From positions 1 to 64,000 of the forward strand of contig JBDKUN010000029.1 of assembly GCA_039679675.1 (NCBI GenBank): a DNA stretch of 64,000 nucleotides, in the 5' to 3' direction. Below are positions 8,409-18,406 of this stretch, in pieces. Within the stretch, counting starts at the first letter, position 1. Every line of letters begins with the position of its first letter. Source of the DNA: Armatimonadota bacterium. GTDB taxonomy: Bacteria; Armatimonadota; UBA5829; DTLH01. The translations under genes were made by a program, and so were the position numbers. The notes beneath the pieces were generated by a model, which was not told the origin of the DNA, ran no database searches, and worked only from the letters and a program-made list of their open reading frames with translations.

Positions 8409-8677
8409 AAGTTTATGCGCCTATTCCTGGACATCACGCGTAATTTATTCGCACGTCCCTAATATCTTGAAACCCATTCAAATACCGGCTATATTGGGGA
8501 TATATTATTGGCAGATGCTCTTTATAATAAGCTCTGGCAATTGATGTCGCCGAGGGACGTCCAATAAAATTATAAGAGATACAGAAGCGGCGTCCATAGA
8601 AAGAACGTCCTTTCTGCTCTCCTACCCGTATTATTCACGCTCAGGGGATGACGCGGGATCAAAAAGGAGGGAAAACG

Positions 8678-9733
8678 ATGAGCGCAAAAAGTCTATTCAA
8701 AACAGTTAGCCTTACCATTATCTTGATTTTCACGCTTGTCAGCGTAGCTGGAGCCGGAGCTATAATCAGGCGGGATAAAAGCGACGAGTCGCGTAAAGAA
8801 AAACCGAACGTCAGCCGAACAGAACATCCCTCCGAAACTCGCAGCAACAGCTCGAAACAAGAAAAGTCCTACGGGACAACGAAAGAATCCGGTAGTTCAC
8901 CGAGAGCTACCATGAAAGACAGAAACATCGACGCGACTCCGTCTTACAGACAGTCCAATGACAGAACCTGGGAAAGCGGCAAGAAATATGACAGCCATTC
9001 CGACAGCAATTGGAAGGACAGCCATAAATACGACCGGGTAGGGGAGCGCTATTCCAATGACCGTAATGATCATGACTACGGAAGATCGCAACGCCCACCA
9101 AGCTATCATAATGGACGATACTACTACGATCATGGGTGGCCGTACCATTATGATTATCCTTTGACTTATGGATATTGGGCCTTCGATTATGACTATGGCA
9201 ACTCGCTACCGTCCGTATACTACTACTATGGATACTTCCCTTACGTATCCTGTGGCCGGGTAATCATTGTAAAGAGACCTCATGTTACGTATGTCGAGGT
9301 TCCTATCGTTATACACGAAAAAAGCTCGGATACAGGCTACTACCTGGAAAAAAGTGCCGGTTATTCAATAGACGACGTGCTTTATGACGTCGAAAGAGCA
9401 TGGAAGACAGATGAACCAAGTCTTCTGCTTAGGTATGTCAGGAGCAATACGGACATAGATGTTCTTCTTGACAGCAAATATTCGTATTCTCTTAGCGCGG
9501 AAGATTACCGTGACATGACAAGCGACGCTGTAAATACTACCAAAACAGTTGATTTTGACTTCGAATCGGTTAAAAGCCGTGGCGATAATAGGGTGGTGGC
9601 CTATGGAATTCATAAATTCTATGCTCTGGACGGCTCATTAAAGACAGTGTATATTAGCTATGAGTTTGAACGGCATGATGGCAATTGGGATCTGACTGAA
9701 GTCGGATCCTCACCCAGAAGATACGGTTACTGA
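8678..9733 (+). CDS. Secreted hypothetical protein: low-complexity N-terminus, Tyr-rich middle, NTF2-like C-domain
   Basis: Signal peptide; C-domain paralogous to that of 9800-10816. Confidence 0.8.
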   Translation: MSAKSLFKTVSLTIILIFTLVSVAGAGAIIRRDKSDESRKEKPNVSRTEHPSETRSNSSKQEKSYGTTKESGSSPRATMKDRNIDATPSYRQSNDRTWESGKKYDSHSDSNWKDSHKYDRVGERYSNDRNDHDYGRSQRPPSYHNGRYYYDHGWPYHYDYPLTYGYWAFDYDYGNSLPSVYYYYGYFPYVSCGRVIIVKRPHVTYVEVPIVIHEKSSDTGYYLEKSAGYSIDDVLYDVERAWKTDEPSLLLRYVRSNTDIDVLLDSKYSYSLSAEDYRDMTSDAVNTTKTVDFDFESVKSRGDNRVVAYGIHKFYALDGSLKTVYISYEFERHDGNWDLTEVGSSPRRYGY

Positions 9734-9734
9734 T

Positions 9735-9763
9735 GAGATAGGGCTCTTTTAGGGCCCTATCTC
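9735..9763. terminator. Intergenic hairpin
   Basis: gagataggg.../...ccctatctc inverted repeat. Confidence 0.5.
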
Positions 9764-9799
9764 CTATATAAAACGTCATCAGATGAGGAGGGACTCGCA

Positions 9800-10816
9800 A
9801 TGCGCAGGTATCTTATTTTGACACTAACTCTAACCCTCGTTGTATTCCTTGTAACATCAATCGCTCCCACGCTTATAAATATCCCCGGTTCTACTGCATA
9901 CGCCCAGGGACCATTTGGCAAAAAATCTACCGGTAACACGAATAAGGTAGAAGAGCCAAAGAAGGATAACGAAAAACAGGAAAAAAAGGAAGATAAGAAA
10001 TCTCAGGACGATACAAAGAAAGATTCCGCTGCGAATCCAACAGAAAAGAAGAATTCCGAGAGCAGGGAGCAGATAAAGACCAACGAGCGAGATACCAAGA
10101 ACAATGAGATATCGAACTCAGAGACTTCTACCACCTCCAATACATCAAGTACAAGTTCTGATAACCGAAAAACATCTGATGCACGCCCTACAGAAAAACG
10201 CACGACTTCAAAAGATAATGACTCCAGACACAAGGACAGTGATAAGGACATCTTGTATAAGCGGACAGATGAGAGACCTGAGATCAAGACTCAAAACAAG
10301 AAACATCACTCTCATAAAGGCTGCTATCCATATGATCCTGGTTGGGTTGTCGTATCCCCTGCGCCAACATCGTATCCCGACTCATCAGTGCCTGACAATA
10401 CAGAGGAGTTGACAATCCAGCAACTGGTTGATGACATATCATATGCGTGGATAAAAAACGCGCCGGAGATGATACGCACTTATCTGCCTCCGAAAAAGGA
10501 GGTAAAGATATATAAAAACGGAAAGCTCCTGTGCAAAATGAAGTCAGAAGATTATTATGCTGCAACTATCGATGCTATGAATGAATGGCAAACAGTGGAT
10601 TATATGCTCAATGTTGTGGATTACCGGTGGAACAAAATCGTTGCAAGAGGCCATCATATATATAAAGACAAAGGCTATAATCCAGACTCTATCAACCATC
10701 GAAGCGACGTCTACTACATTTTGAGGCTTCAGAAAAACAGGTGGGTGATAACCGATATGGGATTTACATCGGTTATCGACGTAAAGGAGTCAGAAAGAGA
10801 GCAAGTTGACAGGTAA
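9800..10816 (+). CDS. Secreted hypothetical protein, paralog of the upstream gene
   Basis: Signal peptide, K/D/S/T-rich linker, shared C-domain (DI..AW...EDY...T.DA...ARGHH...W.IT..G). Confidence 0.8.
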   Translation: MRRYLILTLTLTLVVFLVTSIAPTLINIPGSTAYAQGPFGKKSTGNTNKVEEPKKDNEKQEKKEDKKSQDDTKKDSAANPTEKKNSESREQIKTNERDTKNNEISNSETSTTSNTSSTSSDNRKTSDARPTEKRTTSKDNDSRHKDSDKDILYKRTDERPEIKTQNKKHHSHKGCYPYDPGWVVVSPAPTSYPDSSVPDNTEELTIQQLVDDISYAWIKNAPEMIRTYLPPKKEVKIYKNGKLLCKMKSEDYYAATIDAMNEWQTVDYMLNVVDYRWNKIVARGHHIYKDKGYNPDSINHRSDVYYILRLQKNRWVITDMGFTSVIDVKESEREQVDR

Positions 10817-11399
10817 AATAGCACTAGCTGTATGCGCCGTTCTGCTTTTATCAGGAGTTTCTATGGCAGTTGGCGAGACAGATGGGACTTCAACGATCCA
10901 GATTGATACATCAGCATATTCGCATTCGATACATGATGGGGCAGATGCTCATTCTCAGATATTTGAGTGTCAGGCTGATATCACGCCCGAACTTGGTATC
11001 GGTCTTGAGGCTGCTAAAATCAGCGATGCGGATGGACGGACACATATAGGTAACATCTATCTGCGGAAGCCGATTCCGCTCAAAAATAATAAAACAACCA
11101 AATTGGAAGGCTATGCCGGTATATCGTGGCTTTCAGTCGAAGATATATTTGATGAGGAAAGCGGCGATACTGGCCTTTCGCTTGGAACGATTGCCGATTA
11201 TACCCTAAGGCCTGAACTCACTTTATACGGCCGGTTGGGAGTTGCATTTATCGATGATCCACTTTGGACCCTGGATGCAGGCATAAAATATGAACTCCGT
11301 CCAAGGTGGTTTCTAACCATAGGCTACAGGGGCTACAATACGAATGATTCGTCACTCGGTGGATTTCTGGTCGGAGCCACATATAGAGCAATTAAGTAG
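10806..11399 (+). CDS. Putative outer-membrane beta-barrel protein
   Basis: Signal peptide; alternating aromatic strands LDAGIKYEL..WFLTIGYRGY...FLVGATYR. Confidence 0.7.
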   Translation: MTGKIALAVCAVLLLSGVSMAVGETDGTSTIQIDTSAYSHSIHDGADAHSQIFECQADITPELGIGLEAAKISDADGRTHIGNIYLRKPIPLKNNKTTKLEGYAGISWLSVEDIFDEESGDTGLSLGTIADYTLRPELTLYGRLGVAFIDDPLWTLDAGIKYELRPRWFLTIGYRGYNTNDSSLGGFLVGATYRAIK

Positions 11400-11403
11400 T
11401 TTT

Positions 11404-11511
11404 GTTTAGGCAAGCATACATACGGGTAATTAATTCAGCACACTTCCGGCTCCGTCAGCTTATTTGGAATGTGACATACAGTTTAGTTTGGCAGTCATAT
11501 AGCTAGGGTAA
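11404..11511 (+). promoter_or_regulatory. Two tandem sigmaB-like promoters
   Basis: GTTTAG 11404 / GGGTAA 11424 and GTTTGG 11486 / GGGTAA 11506. Confidence 0.6.
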
Positions 11512-11642
11512 AAATATAATTGCTCAGGCTGATTTCCAACTGCCTGCTTTGCTAATTGTTATTTACGAATTTCAGAAATTATTTAAATTTCTCCCGTAGG
11601 ATTATCGGTTATAACCGATAATCCATAGAAAGGATAACTCGG

Positions 11643-12101
11643 ATGCCGGTAGGAGTGATTGCTGACGCTGAGTTTCAAATCCCAGCTCAGGGAAAGTATG
11701 TGGCGCTCGTAAGAAAGGGAATCCGCTCTCTTGCGGAAGGCGCCGGGTTTGATGAGGAAACCTGCCAGGATATAGAAGTCGCTATCGGTGAAGCGGTAAC
11801 GAATGCCGTCTGCCACGGCAGCCCTACCGATGGCAGCGGCCGCGTATCCATTCGCTGCGGTATCTTTCAAAGCTCTATCGAAGTCGATGTTGAAGACAAT
11901 GGGCATGCTGCCTGTGTGCCTATCCCCAAAGCCATTGTAAACAAAAACAACGAACATGGCCGCGGATGGCGGATAATTCACAGCCTTATGGACCAGGTAT
12001 CCGTCAGCTGCACGAAAAAAGGTCTGTTGGTGCGCATGGTGAAGCAAAAGACAAAGGCTTCTAATGTAGAAATGCCTCAGCTTGCTATAATTGCAAACTG
12101 A
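11643..12101 (+). CDS. RsbW/SpoIIAB-like anti-sigma factor Ser/Thr kinase
   Basis: EAVTNAVCHG, VEDNG and EHGRGWRII..LMD HATPase motifs. Confidence 0.88.
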   Translation: MPVGVIADAEFQIPAQGKYVALVRKGIRSLAEGAGFDEETCQDIEVAIGEAVTNAVCHGSPTDGSGRVSIRCGIFQSSIEVDVEDNGHAACVPIPKAIVNKNNEHGRGWRIIHSLMDQVSVSCTKKGLLVRMVKQKTKASNVEMPQLAIIAN

Positions 12102-12118
12102 GGCATCTATGACTTGGT

Positions 12119-13672
12119 TTAATCCTTCTTTTCACTCTCGTCCAGCTTGGATTCGAGCTTCTTTACTGCGTCTGCAGCGCCTGTCGTAAGGGTCAGCTCG
12201 CGTGTCTTCCCGATTTCAGCCCTTGCATCATCCTTTTTGCCGGCCGAAATAAGGAACTCAATAAGCGCAATATGAGATGATGGGTCAGTAGGCATCAGTT
12301 CGACGAGTTTCCGGTATTCTGCTTCCGCCATGTCGAGTTTTCCGGCAGCTTCACAAGTAACTGCCAGAGCTACATGAGGCTCGTCCCAATTAGGCGCGGA
12401 ATCGATAACTAATCGCAGCTCCGCGATAGCCCCATCGAAATCATTTTTATGTTTGAGTACTCGAGCCAGGGAAATGCGGCAGGACGGATCGTTCGGAGCA
12501 ACAGCCACAGCCTTTTTTGCCAGTGTCAAAGCTTCATCAAGCTTATTATCTTTATTAACTAGAACATCTGCAAGCGCGATAAGCGGTCTTGAGTCCGTGG
12601 GATCGCTCTCGATGGCTTTACGAAGGTCCTGCTCTGCTTCAGTGGCTTTACCAGCAGCGGCATAAACGAGCCCACGGTTAAGGAAAGCATCAGGCAGGGT
12701 TTGATCGAGCTCTATAGCTTTATTAATTGACTTTGTAGCAGCATCGTACTTACCAAAACTCGCAAAAGCGACTCCCTGCAGCATGTAAGGCATAGCTGAC
12801 TTCGGGCGAAGCTTTATCGCTGCGGCAGCGAGATCATCGGTGTCTATCGAGCCTGCAGCGGATGCATAGAGCGCCAGCGATATAGCCTGAAAACTGTTAT
12901 CGCTGTCTTCGGTTTTTTTTACCGTGAAAGTCGATTGCGAAAGTGTGTTTTCAGGTACACCGGACTTCACAAGGAAGCTTTTTAGTTCCGGAGCGGGATA
13001 GACCTGATAGAAAACAGGTGCGCGAGGCCCATCACCTATTACAAGCCTCTGGATAAACACTCCCAGTGCTCCAACGCCCGGTTGGGACACAAGCGCAGCT
13101 TTGGATGCTTTATCTGAGGGATCGACTTTTGAAAGAAAGAGCCAATTGATATCGCGGATCTCGGTAAAGCAAGCGTTAGCTCCCTTAAGTGATTTGACAA
13201 CCAACTTTACAGGCTTCTGATCGAGTTTAACCCCGTAGATGACGGTCTGAAACTTTGTTCCGACCTCTTCTCCGGACAGAAGCTGCCCCAGTGTCGCCTT
13301 CGATGTCCTCGAAAAAGCTTTATCATTAGCAAGCGGTACGGGTGGAACGGCAGGAGCCGCTATTTTCAGGAGAGCTATCCTCGCTTTCTCGTTTGTTGCG
13401 ACGATTTTGGCCGGATATGCGTCTCCGGTCCAATTGCTTACCACCACAGTGCGGACGACGGGCAGAATCTTTCCGTTAGGAGCGGACTCTACCGCTGCGT
13501 CTATCGAAGTGACGATGTAGCTTCCATCACCTACGGCGAATCCTGATGATACTAAACCACCATTCCGGCCGAAGGTAACGACTGATGCCAGTGACTCGTC
13601 CTCACCGGCTAAAGCCGGAAGCGCTACGAGACATAAAAACAGTGCTGTTATTAAGAACGCTGGTCTCTTCAT
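12119..13672 (-). CDS. Secreted protein with a degenerate trypsin-like domain and TPR repeats
   Basis: Signal peptide; SSGFAVGDGSYIVT...IALLKI; multiple C-terminal TPRs. Confidence 0.8.
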   Translation of the reverse strand: MKRPAFLITALFLCLVALPALAGEDESLASVVTFGRNGGLVSSGFAVGDGSYIVTSIDAAVESAPNGKILPVVRTVVVSNWTGDAYPAKIVATNEKARIALLKIAAPAVPPVPLANDKAFSRTSKATLGQLLSGEEVGTKFQTVIYGVKLDQKPVKLVVKSLKGANACFTEIRDINWLFLSKVDPSDKASKAALVSQPGVGALGVFIQRLVIGDGPRAPVFYQVYPAPELKSFLVKSGVPENTLSQSTFTVKKTEDSDNSFQAISLALYASAAGSIDTDDLAAAAIKLRPKSAMPYMLQGVAFASFGKYDAATKSINKAIELDQTLPDAFLNRGLVYAAAGKATEAEQDLRKAIESDPTDSRPLIALADVLVNKDNKLDEALTLAKKAVAVAPNDPSCRISLARVLKHKNDFDGAIAELRLVIDSAPNWDEPHVALAVTCEAAGKLDMAEAEYRKLVELMPTDPSSHIALIEFLISAGKKDDARAEIGKTRELTLTTGAADAVKKLESKLDESEKKD

Positions 13673-13803
13673 ACCACTACTTTATCACTTCGAAGCAAAC
13701 AGGTAAAGCAAATACAACAGTTCAGACTTGTAAATAGCGGAAACTCATCGTTAATTTCATGCGTCTGGTATAATAGAGCACAACAGTTCGGAGGATAAGG
13801 GCA

Positions 13804-15288
13804 ATTAAATCTTTTGTAACTATACTACTTCTTGTCATAACATCCAGTATCTCCGCATTTGGAGCACAGACCGAGTTTCGCGGCGCATGGGTCACTGCAT
13901 GGTCGAAAGGATTTCTCAGTCCGCAGGAAGCTGATGAGACTGTCCGTCTTGCGAAAGAGGCAAATATAAATGCACTTTTCATACAAGTGAGAAAAGTCGG
14001 GGATGCCTACTATAATTCCAGCATAGAACCGCGAGCAGCTAACATTTCGGGCAGGCCTGATTATGACCCACTTGCGTATATCATCCAGAAAGCGCATGAG
14101 GCTGGTATAGAAGTCCATGCGTGGCTTAATACGTTCAGAATCTGGGGCTCAAAAGATTATCCAAAAGATCCTAACCACATTGTTAATCTACACCCTGAAT
14201 GGTTGACCAGAACATCCTCCGGCAGTTTGGCAGGAACGGAAGGGCTGTTTCTCGACCCTGGAGTCCCCGGAGTGCAGGATTATACTTACAACGTTTTCAT
14301 GGATGTGGTAAAGAAATACGATATCGATGGTATCCACATGGACTATATCCGTTATCCAGGCAAGGACTTCGGTTATGCAGCCCCGGCAGTCGAACAGTTC
14401 AATATGGAGACCGGTCGGACCAGTGTACCGGCAAACGATGACCCGCTCTGGCAGCAGTGGAGACGGGACCAGGTAACGGCGCTCGTCAGGCGGATTTATA
14501 AAGGCGTAAACAGCATCAAACCTGATGTAAAGGTAACGGCTGCAACGGTGCCATGGGGTGACTGTTCATCGGATTTTTCTAGTACATCCGCGTATTCCCG
14601 AGTATACCAGGACTGGTGCGAATGGATGGAGGAAGGGATACTGGACGCCAACATACCGATGAATTACAAGAAAGAATCCAACCAGAGGAACGCCCGCGAG
14701 TATCGTAACTGGCTTAACGGGTTCAAACGATGGCAGTATAACAGGCAGGTCTATAACGGGCAGGATTTTCTTCAGTCACCGGAACTTGTCGCGCAGCAGT
14801 TGGAGGCAGCGCGAAAGTACGGAGTCGATGGAATGGTCGGTTTTGCCTTCAACCAGTCCGAAAGCCGGGTAAAGCTCGTCCAGGTACTTAAAAACGGAGC
14901 ATTTTCGGAGCCTGCCTCAGTCCCTGAGATGCCGTGGAAATACAACGTCCAAAGAAAGAGGAGCCGTGAGCTGTACGCAAAAGCTATAGATGCCGCCACA
15001 ATGGGGCGCGACCTCGACAAGGCTATCGATCTGCTTAAGGAAGCTCTTACAGCAGATCCTGTTTATATCGATGCTCACTTCCGGCTTGGTAGATGTTACA
15101 TGCGGAAAGGGATGTATGATGAAGCCGCTAAGGAATTCGAGGAAGTGCTGGCAGAAAAACCAGATTATCTTTCTGCAAAGAAGAACCTTGAGGATGTACA
15201 AAAAAAGATAGAGGCAAGTAAGCGTAATGAGCCTGTTTCTGAAACTCCCAGCGCATCTGCTGGAGAAGCCCAGCAGGAAAGCAAATGA
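13804..15288 (+). CDS. Glycoside hydrolase-like 10 (GHL10/YngK) protein with C-terminal TPR; probable ATT start
   Basis: In-frame upstream signal peptide and EFRGAWV motif; IEVHAW and DIDGIHMDYIRYP motifs; in-frame stop at 13774. Confidence 0.88.
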   Translation: MKSFVTILLLVITSSISAFGAQTEFRGAWVTAWSKGFLSPQEADETVRLAKEANINALFIQVRKVGDAYYNSSIEPRAANISGRPDYDPLAYIIQKAHEAGIEVHAWLNTFRIWGSKDYPKDPNHIVNLHPEWLTRTSSGSLAGTEGLFLDPGVPGVQDYTYNVFMDVVKKYDIDGIHMDYIRYPGKDFGYAAPAVEQFNMETGRTSVPANDDPLWQQWRRDQVTALVRRIYKGVNSIKPDVKVTAATVPWGDCSSDFSSTSAYSRVYQDWCEWMEEGILDANIPMNYKKESNQRNAREYRNWLNGFKRWQYNRQVYNGQDFLQSPELVAQQLEAARKYGVDGMVGFAFNQSESRVKLVQVLKNGAFSEPASVPEMPWKYNVQRKRSRELYAKAIDAATMGRDLDKAIDLLKEALTADPVYIDAHFRLGRCYMRKGMYDEAAKEFEEVLAEKPDYLSAKKNLEDVQKKIEASKRNEPVSETPSASAGEAQQESK

Positions 15289-16454
15289 GATACGTTACGC
15301 TGTGCTTACTGGTACTTTCGGTCTCAAGCCTGGCCTCAGGTGCATCGCTTCGTATCGGCCTTGTGCGCCAGTTCAAGGGTGTCAATGAAGTAACTATAAG
15401 TGACTCCGCGGGATTTACCGTCTCCGACAAATCAGGCAATGTAATTGCTGAAGTGGACGCCGATGGAAAAGTGGTTTTATCGGCTAATGGCGGCAAGCTT
15501 CAACTTACTGGAGCCGGTGATACCCCATCACAGGAAGAGAACATGGTCGTTATCTCGAGTTCGGCTTCAGATTCGTTTCTTACACTGTCCTCACCTCGCT
15601 GCAAGTCCGCCGATTACCGGGGGAAAATAGAGGTAAGCCTCGGAAAACGCGGAATATCGCTTGTAAATATCGTAGATTTGGAGGACTATATCCGAGGCGT
15701 GCTGCCGTCGGAGATGCCCACGTCGTTTAGTATCGAAGCGCTTAAAGCCCAGGCTGTAGCTGCAAGAACTTATGCCTGGATGAACCGCGGCAAACACAAA
15801 AAAACGAATTACGACCTCTGCGATTCTACCGACTGCCAGGTCTACCTGGGAGCAGATGGCGAAAAGCCGTCTACATCGAAAGCCGTCACGGAGACAGAAG
15901 GACTGGTTCTAGAACACGACGGCTATTTGATTTCAGCCCAGTACTGCTCAGACTGCGGCGGTGTCACACAGGATGGCGGAAAGCCTTATTTAGCATCGGT
16001 CGCCGATTCACCTGAGGGTGGGGGAGTGGACTATTGCGAACATGACGGTCATACCTGGACAAAATCATGGACTCTTCAGGAGTTCGAGAAGATTTTATCG
16101 AAGTCGCACCCTGACCTGAAGGGGATCACTTCTGTTTCTGTAGCTCAAACAGATGCCAAAAACCGTGTCGATAAGATCGAAATCGAAGCAGAATCCGGCG
16201 ATGTAGATATTGATGGCGTCAGCTTGAGAAAACTTCTAGGAAATACCGTAATAAAGAGCACGATTTTCACGGTAAAAGTTGAAGATGGAAAGGTGATTTT
16301 CGATGGTCGGGGCTTTGGTCATGGAATCGGCTTATGCCAGTTCGGAGCAAACGGCCTCGCGGAAGCACCCAATAACTACACGTTCGAGCAGATTCTGAAG
16401 CATTATTACCGAGGGGTGGAGATAGTGCCGCTGTCGGCATTAGATAACCACTGA
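15285..16454 (+). CDS. SpoIID/LytB family lytic transglycosylase
   Basis: LEDYIRGVLPSEM, EALKAQAVAARTYA, CQVY, GHGIGLCQFGA. Confidence 0.93.
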   Translation: MRYVTLCLLVLSVSSLASGASLRIGLVRQFKGVNEVTISDSAGFTVSDKSGNVIAEVDADGKVVLSANGGKLQLTGAGDTPSQEENMVVISSSASDSFLTLSSPRCKSADYRGKIEVSLGKRGISLVNIVDLEDYIRGVLPSEMPTSFSIEALKAQAVAARTYAWMNRGKHKKTNYDLCDSTDCQVYLGADGEKPSTSKAVTETEGLVLEHDGYLISAQYCSDCGGVTQDGGKPYLASVADSPEGGGVDYCEHDGHTWTKSWTLQEFEKILSKSHPDLKGITSVSVAQTDAKNRVDKIEIEAESGDVDIDGVSLRKLLGNTVIKSTIFTVKVEDGKVIFDGRGFGHGIGLCQFGANGLAEAPNNYTFEQILKHYYRGVEIVPLSALDNH

Positions 16455-17351
16455 TTATCTGACGAGCCTCTCGCCGTTATTACCGGCTTCTTTTGAGATC
16501 GGAATGCGCGTAAGTACTATAAAGAACAGAGACCTGGCAGCAAGCGCCATAAATACCAATGGTATGAGGACTATATTCAGCCCTTTCGCGTAGTGCTTCG
16601 TGAAGAACTTGAACATGCTCCGGTGGAACTGGTAGATCATCCGTACAGGAGCCTGGTCGCTAGCAGAGCCTATCCGGTGCTTTACCTTTGCCATCGGATA
16701 ATAACAAACCTCCCAGCCGTGTTTTTTTGCTCTGTACGCCCAGTCCACATCCTCGCAATACATAAAAAATCCCGAATCGAGCGGGCCGATGTCGGCTATA
16801 GTCTTCTGTCTGATGACAAGCGCTGCGCCGGAGACCCAATCAACGTCCCGGGCCTCGTCATGCTTCCAGTCCGACATTATATAGCTTTTTACGAAGCGAT
16901 TATTGGGAAATAGCTTGCCGAGGGGCGTGCGGCGGAAAAGTCCCGCGCCAAGGGTGGGAAAACGCCGCGCTGAAAACTGGATACTTCCGTTGGGGTTCTC
17001 TATCCTTGGGCCGATTATACCTGCATCCGGGTTCTCATCAGCGAAAGTGACGATTTTTAAAAGAGTGTCGCGCTCCTCCAAAACCGTGTCCGGGTTGACG
17101 AGCATTACATAACGCCCTTGAGCTATTTCAAGTGCCTGATTATGCGCCTTGCTGAAACCGATATTCTTATCATTCGAGATAAGCGTAATCTGCGGGAAGT
17201 CATGGGCGACCATCGCAGCGCTTTCGTCAGATGAAGCGTTATCAACCACTATGACCTCGAAATCGATGCCTTCCTGCGCCAGTACTGACTCCAGGCAGTG
17301 TCTGAGTTCGTCCCTGGTATTCCAATTTACTATGCTGATTGTTATGTCCAA
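16455..17351 (-). CDS. GT2 glycosyltransferase (WbbL-like)
   Basis: IVNWN, VDNAS, NPD, FFMYCEDVDW. Confidence 0.92.
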   Translation of the reverse strand: MDITISIVNWNTRDELRHCLESVLAQEGIDFEVIVVDNASSDESAAMVAHDFPQITLISNDKNIGFSKAHNQALEIAQGRYVMLVNPDTVLEERDTLLKIVTFADENPDAGIIGPRIENPNGSIQFSARRFPTLGAGLFRRTPLGKLFPNNRFVKSYIMSDWKHDEARDVDWVSGAALVIRQKTIADIGPLDSGFFMYCEDVDWAYRAKKHGWEVCYYPMAKVKHRIGSASDQAPVRMIYQFHRSMFKFFTKHYAKGLNIVLIPLVFMALAARSLFFIVLTRIPISKEAGNNGERLVR

Positions 17352-17362
17352 TTATATGCTCT

Positions 17363-18202
17363 CTAACGCCCGCCCAATATCTCACTCAGCTTTATGGCCG
17401 CGATGATAAGGCGGTAAATCGGAGGAGACAGCTTCTTTTCGTAATGCTTCTTATAAAACCGTGCAAGTGACCTGTGCGACTCACGGCGCATCTCACAACG
17501 GATCTGTTTTGTGCTCGATCCGCCGTGGTGGATCACTTCTGCTTTAGGTGTGAAATAAATCTCCCATCCAGCCTGTTTTGCCCGATAACACCAATCTACT
17601 TCGTTGAAATATATAGGGAAATCCAGGTCGAAAAGCCCGATTTCATCTATTGCCTTACGATTGAGTATCAGGCATGAGCCCATCGGTTGATCGACCTGTG
17701 CCTCTGTCTTGTAATCGAACCAGGTCATGCGGTAAGCGCCGAACTTTTTACTCTTTGGAAACAGCCGGGAGAGCCCAAAGAACTCCGCAGCTACGGCGGC
17801 AGGCTCTGGAAACCCTCGAACAGACCGGTCAATAGAACCATCTGGTCTCACCAACCTGCAACCCGCGGCGGCTGCACCCGGATGAGCTTCCAAGAACTCT
17901 ACGAGTTTCGCGAGAGTATCGTTCTTTACTTCAGTATCAGGGTTAAGTAGAAGGATATAACGCCCCGATGCACGCTCAATTCCCTGGTTATTGCCCTCCG
18001 CATAGCCGAGATTGCGGTCGTTTGCAATAACCCTTGCCTTTGGGAATCGAAGAGAGAGAGCATCCGAAGCGAAATCATTGGATGCATTATCTATGACAAT
18101 GACTTCGAAGCCAAAACCGGGCGCATGCCGATAGATAGAATCCAGGCACGCTTCCAGCAGGCGGGTTGTATTCCAGTTGACTATGATTATGGATAAAAAC
18201 AC
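17363..18202 (-). CDS. GT2 glycosyltransferase
   Basis: IVNWN, IDNAS, LLNPD, YFNEVDWC. Confidence 0.92.
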   Translation of the reverse strand: MFLSIIIVNWNTTRLLEACLDSIYRHAPGFGFEVIVIDNASNDFASDALSLRFPKARVIANDRNLGYAEGNNQGIERASGRYILLLNPDTEVKNDTLAKLVEFLEAHPGAAAAGCRLVRPDGSIDRSVRGFPEPAAVAAEFFGLSRLFPKSKKFGAYRMTWFDYKTEAQVDQPMGSCLILNRKAIDEIGLFDLDFPIYFNEVDWCYRAKQAGWEIYFTPKAEVIHHGGSSTKQIRCEMRRESHRSLARFYKKHYEKKLSPPIYRLIIAAIKLSEILGGR

Positions 18203-18406
18203 TCAGAATCCCTTCGGCAGTATATCACACAATCATTATATGTTCGCGCAGCTTATCCGGTCAACGCTCAATAATGGGGGACCCCAAGAAGATAGCTGAT
18301 AATTCTAAGCAAAATGGCAAGTTAACATAAGTAATATTATCAGACACAATAATTGATATTGATCATAGAATACACTCCCCTGGCTGGCTCAGTTGGGATA
18401 TGGCCT

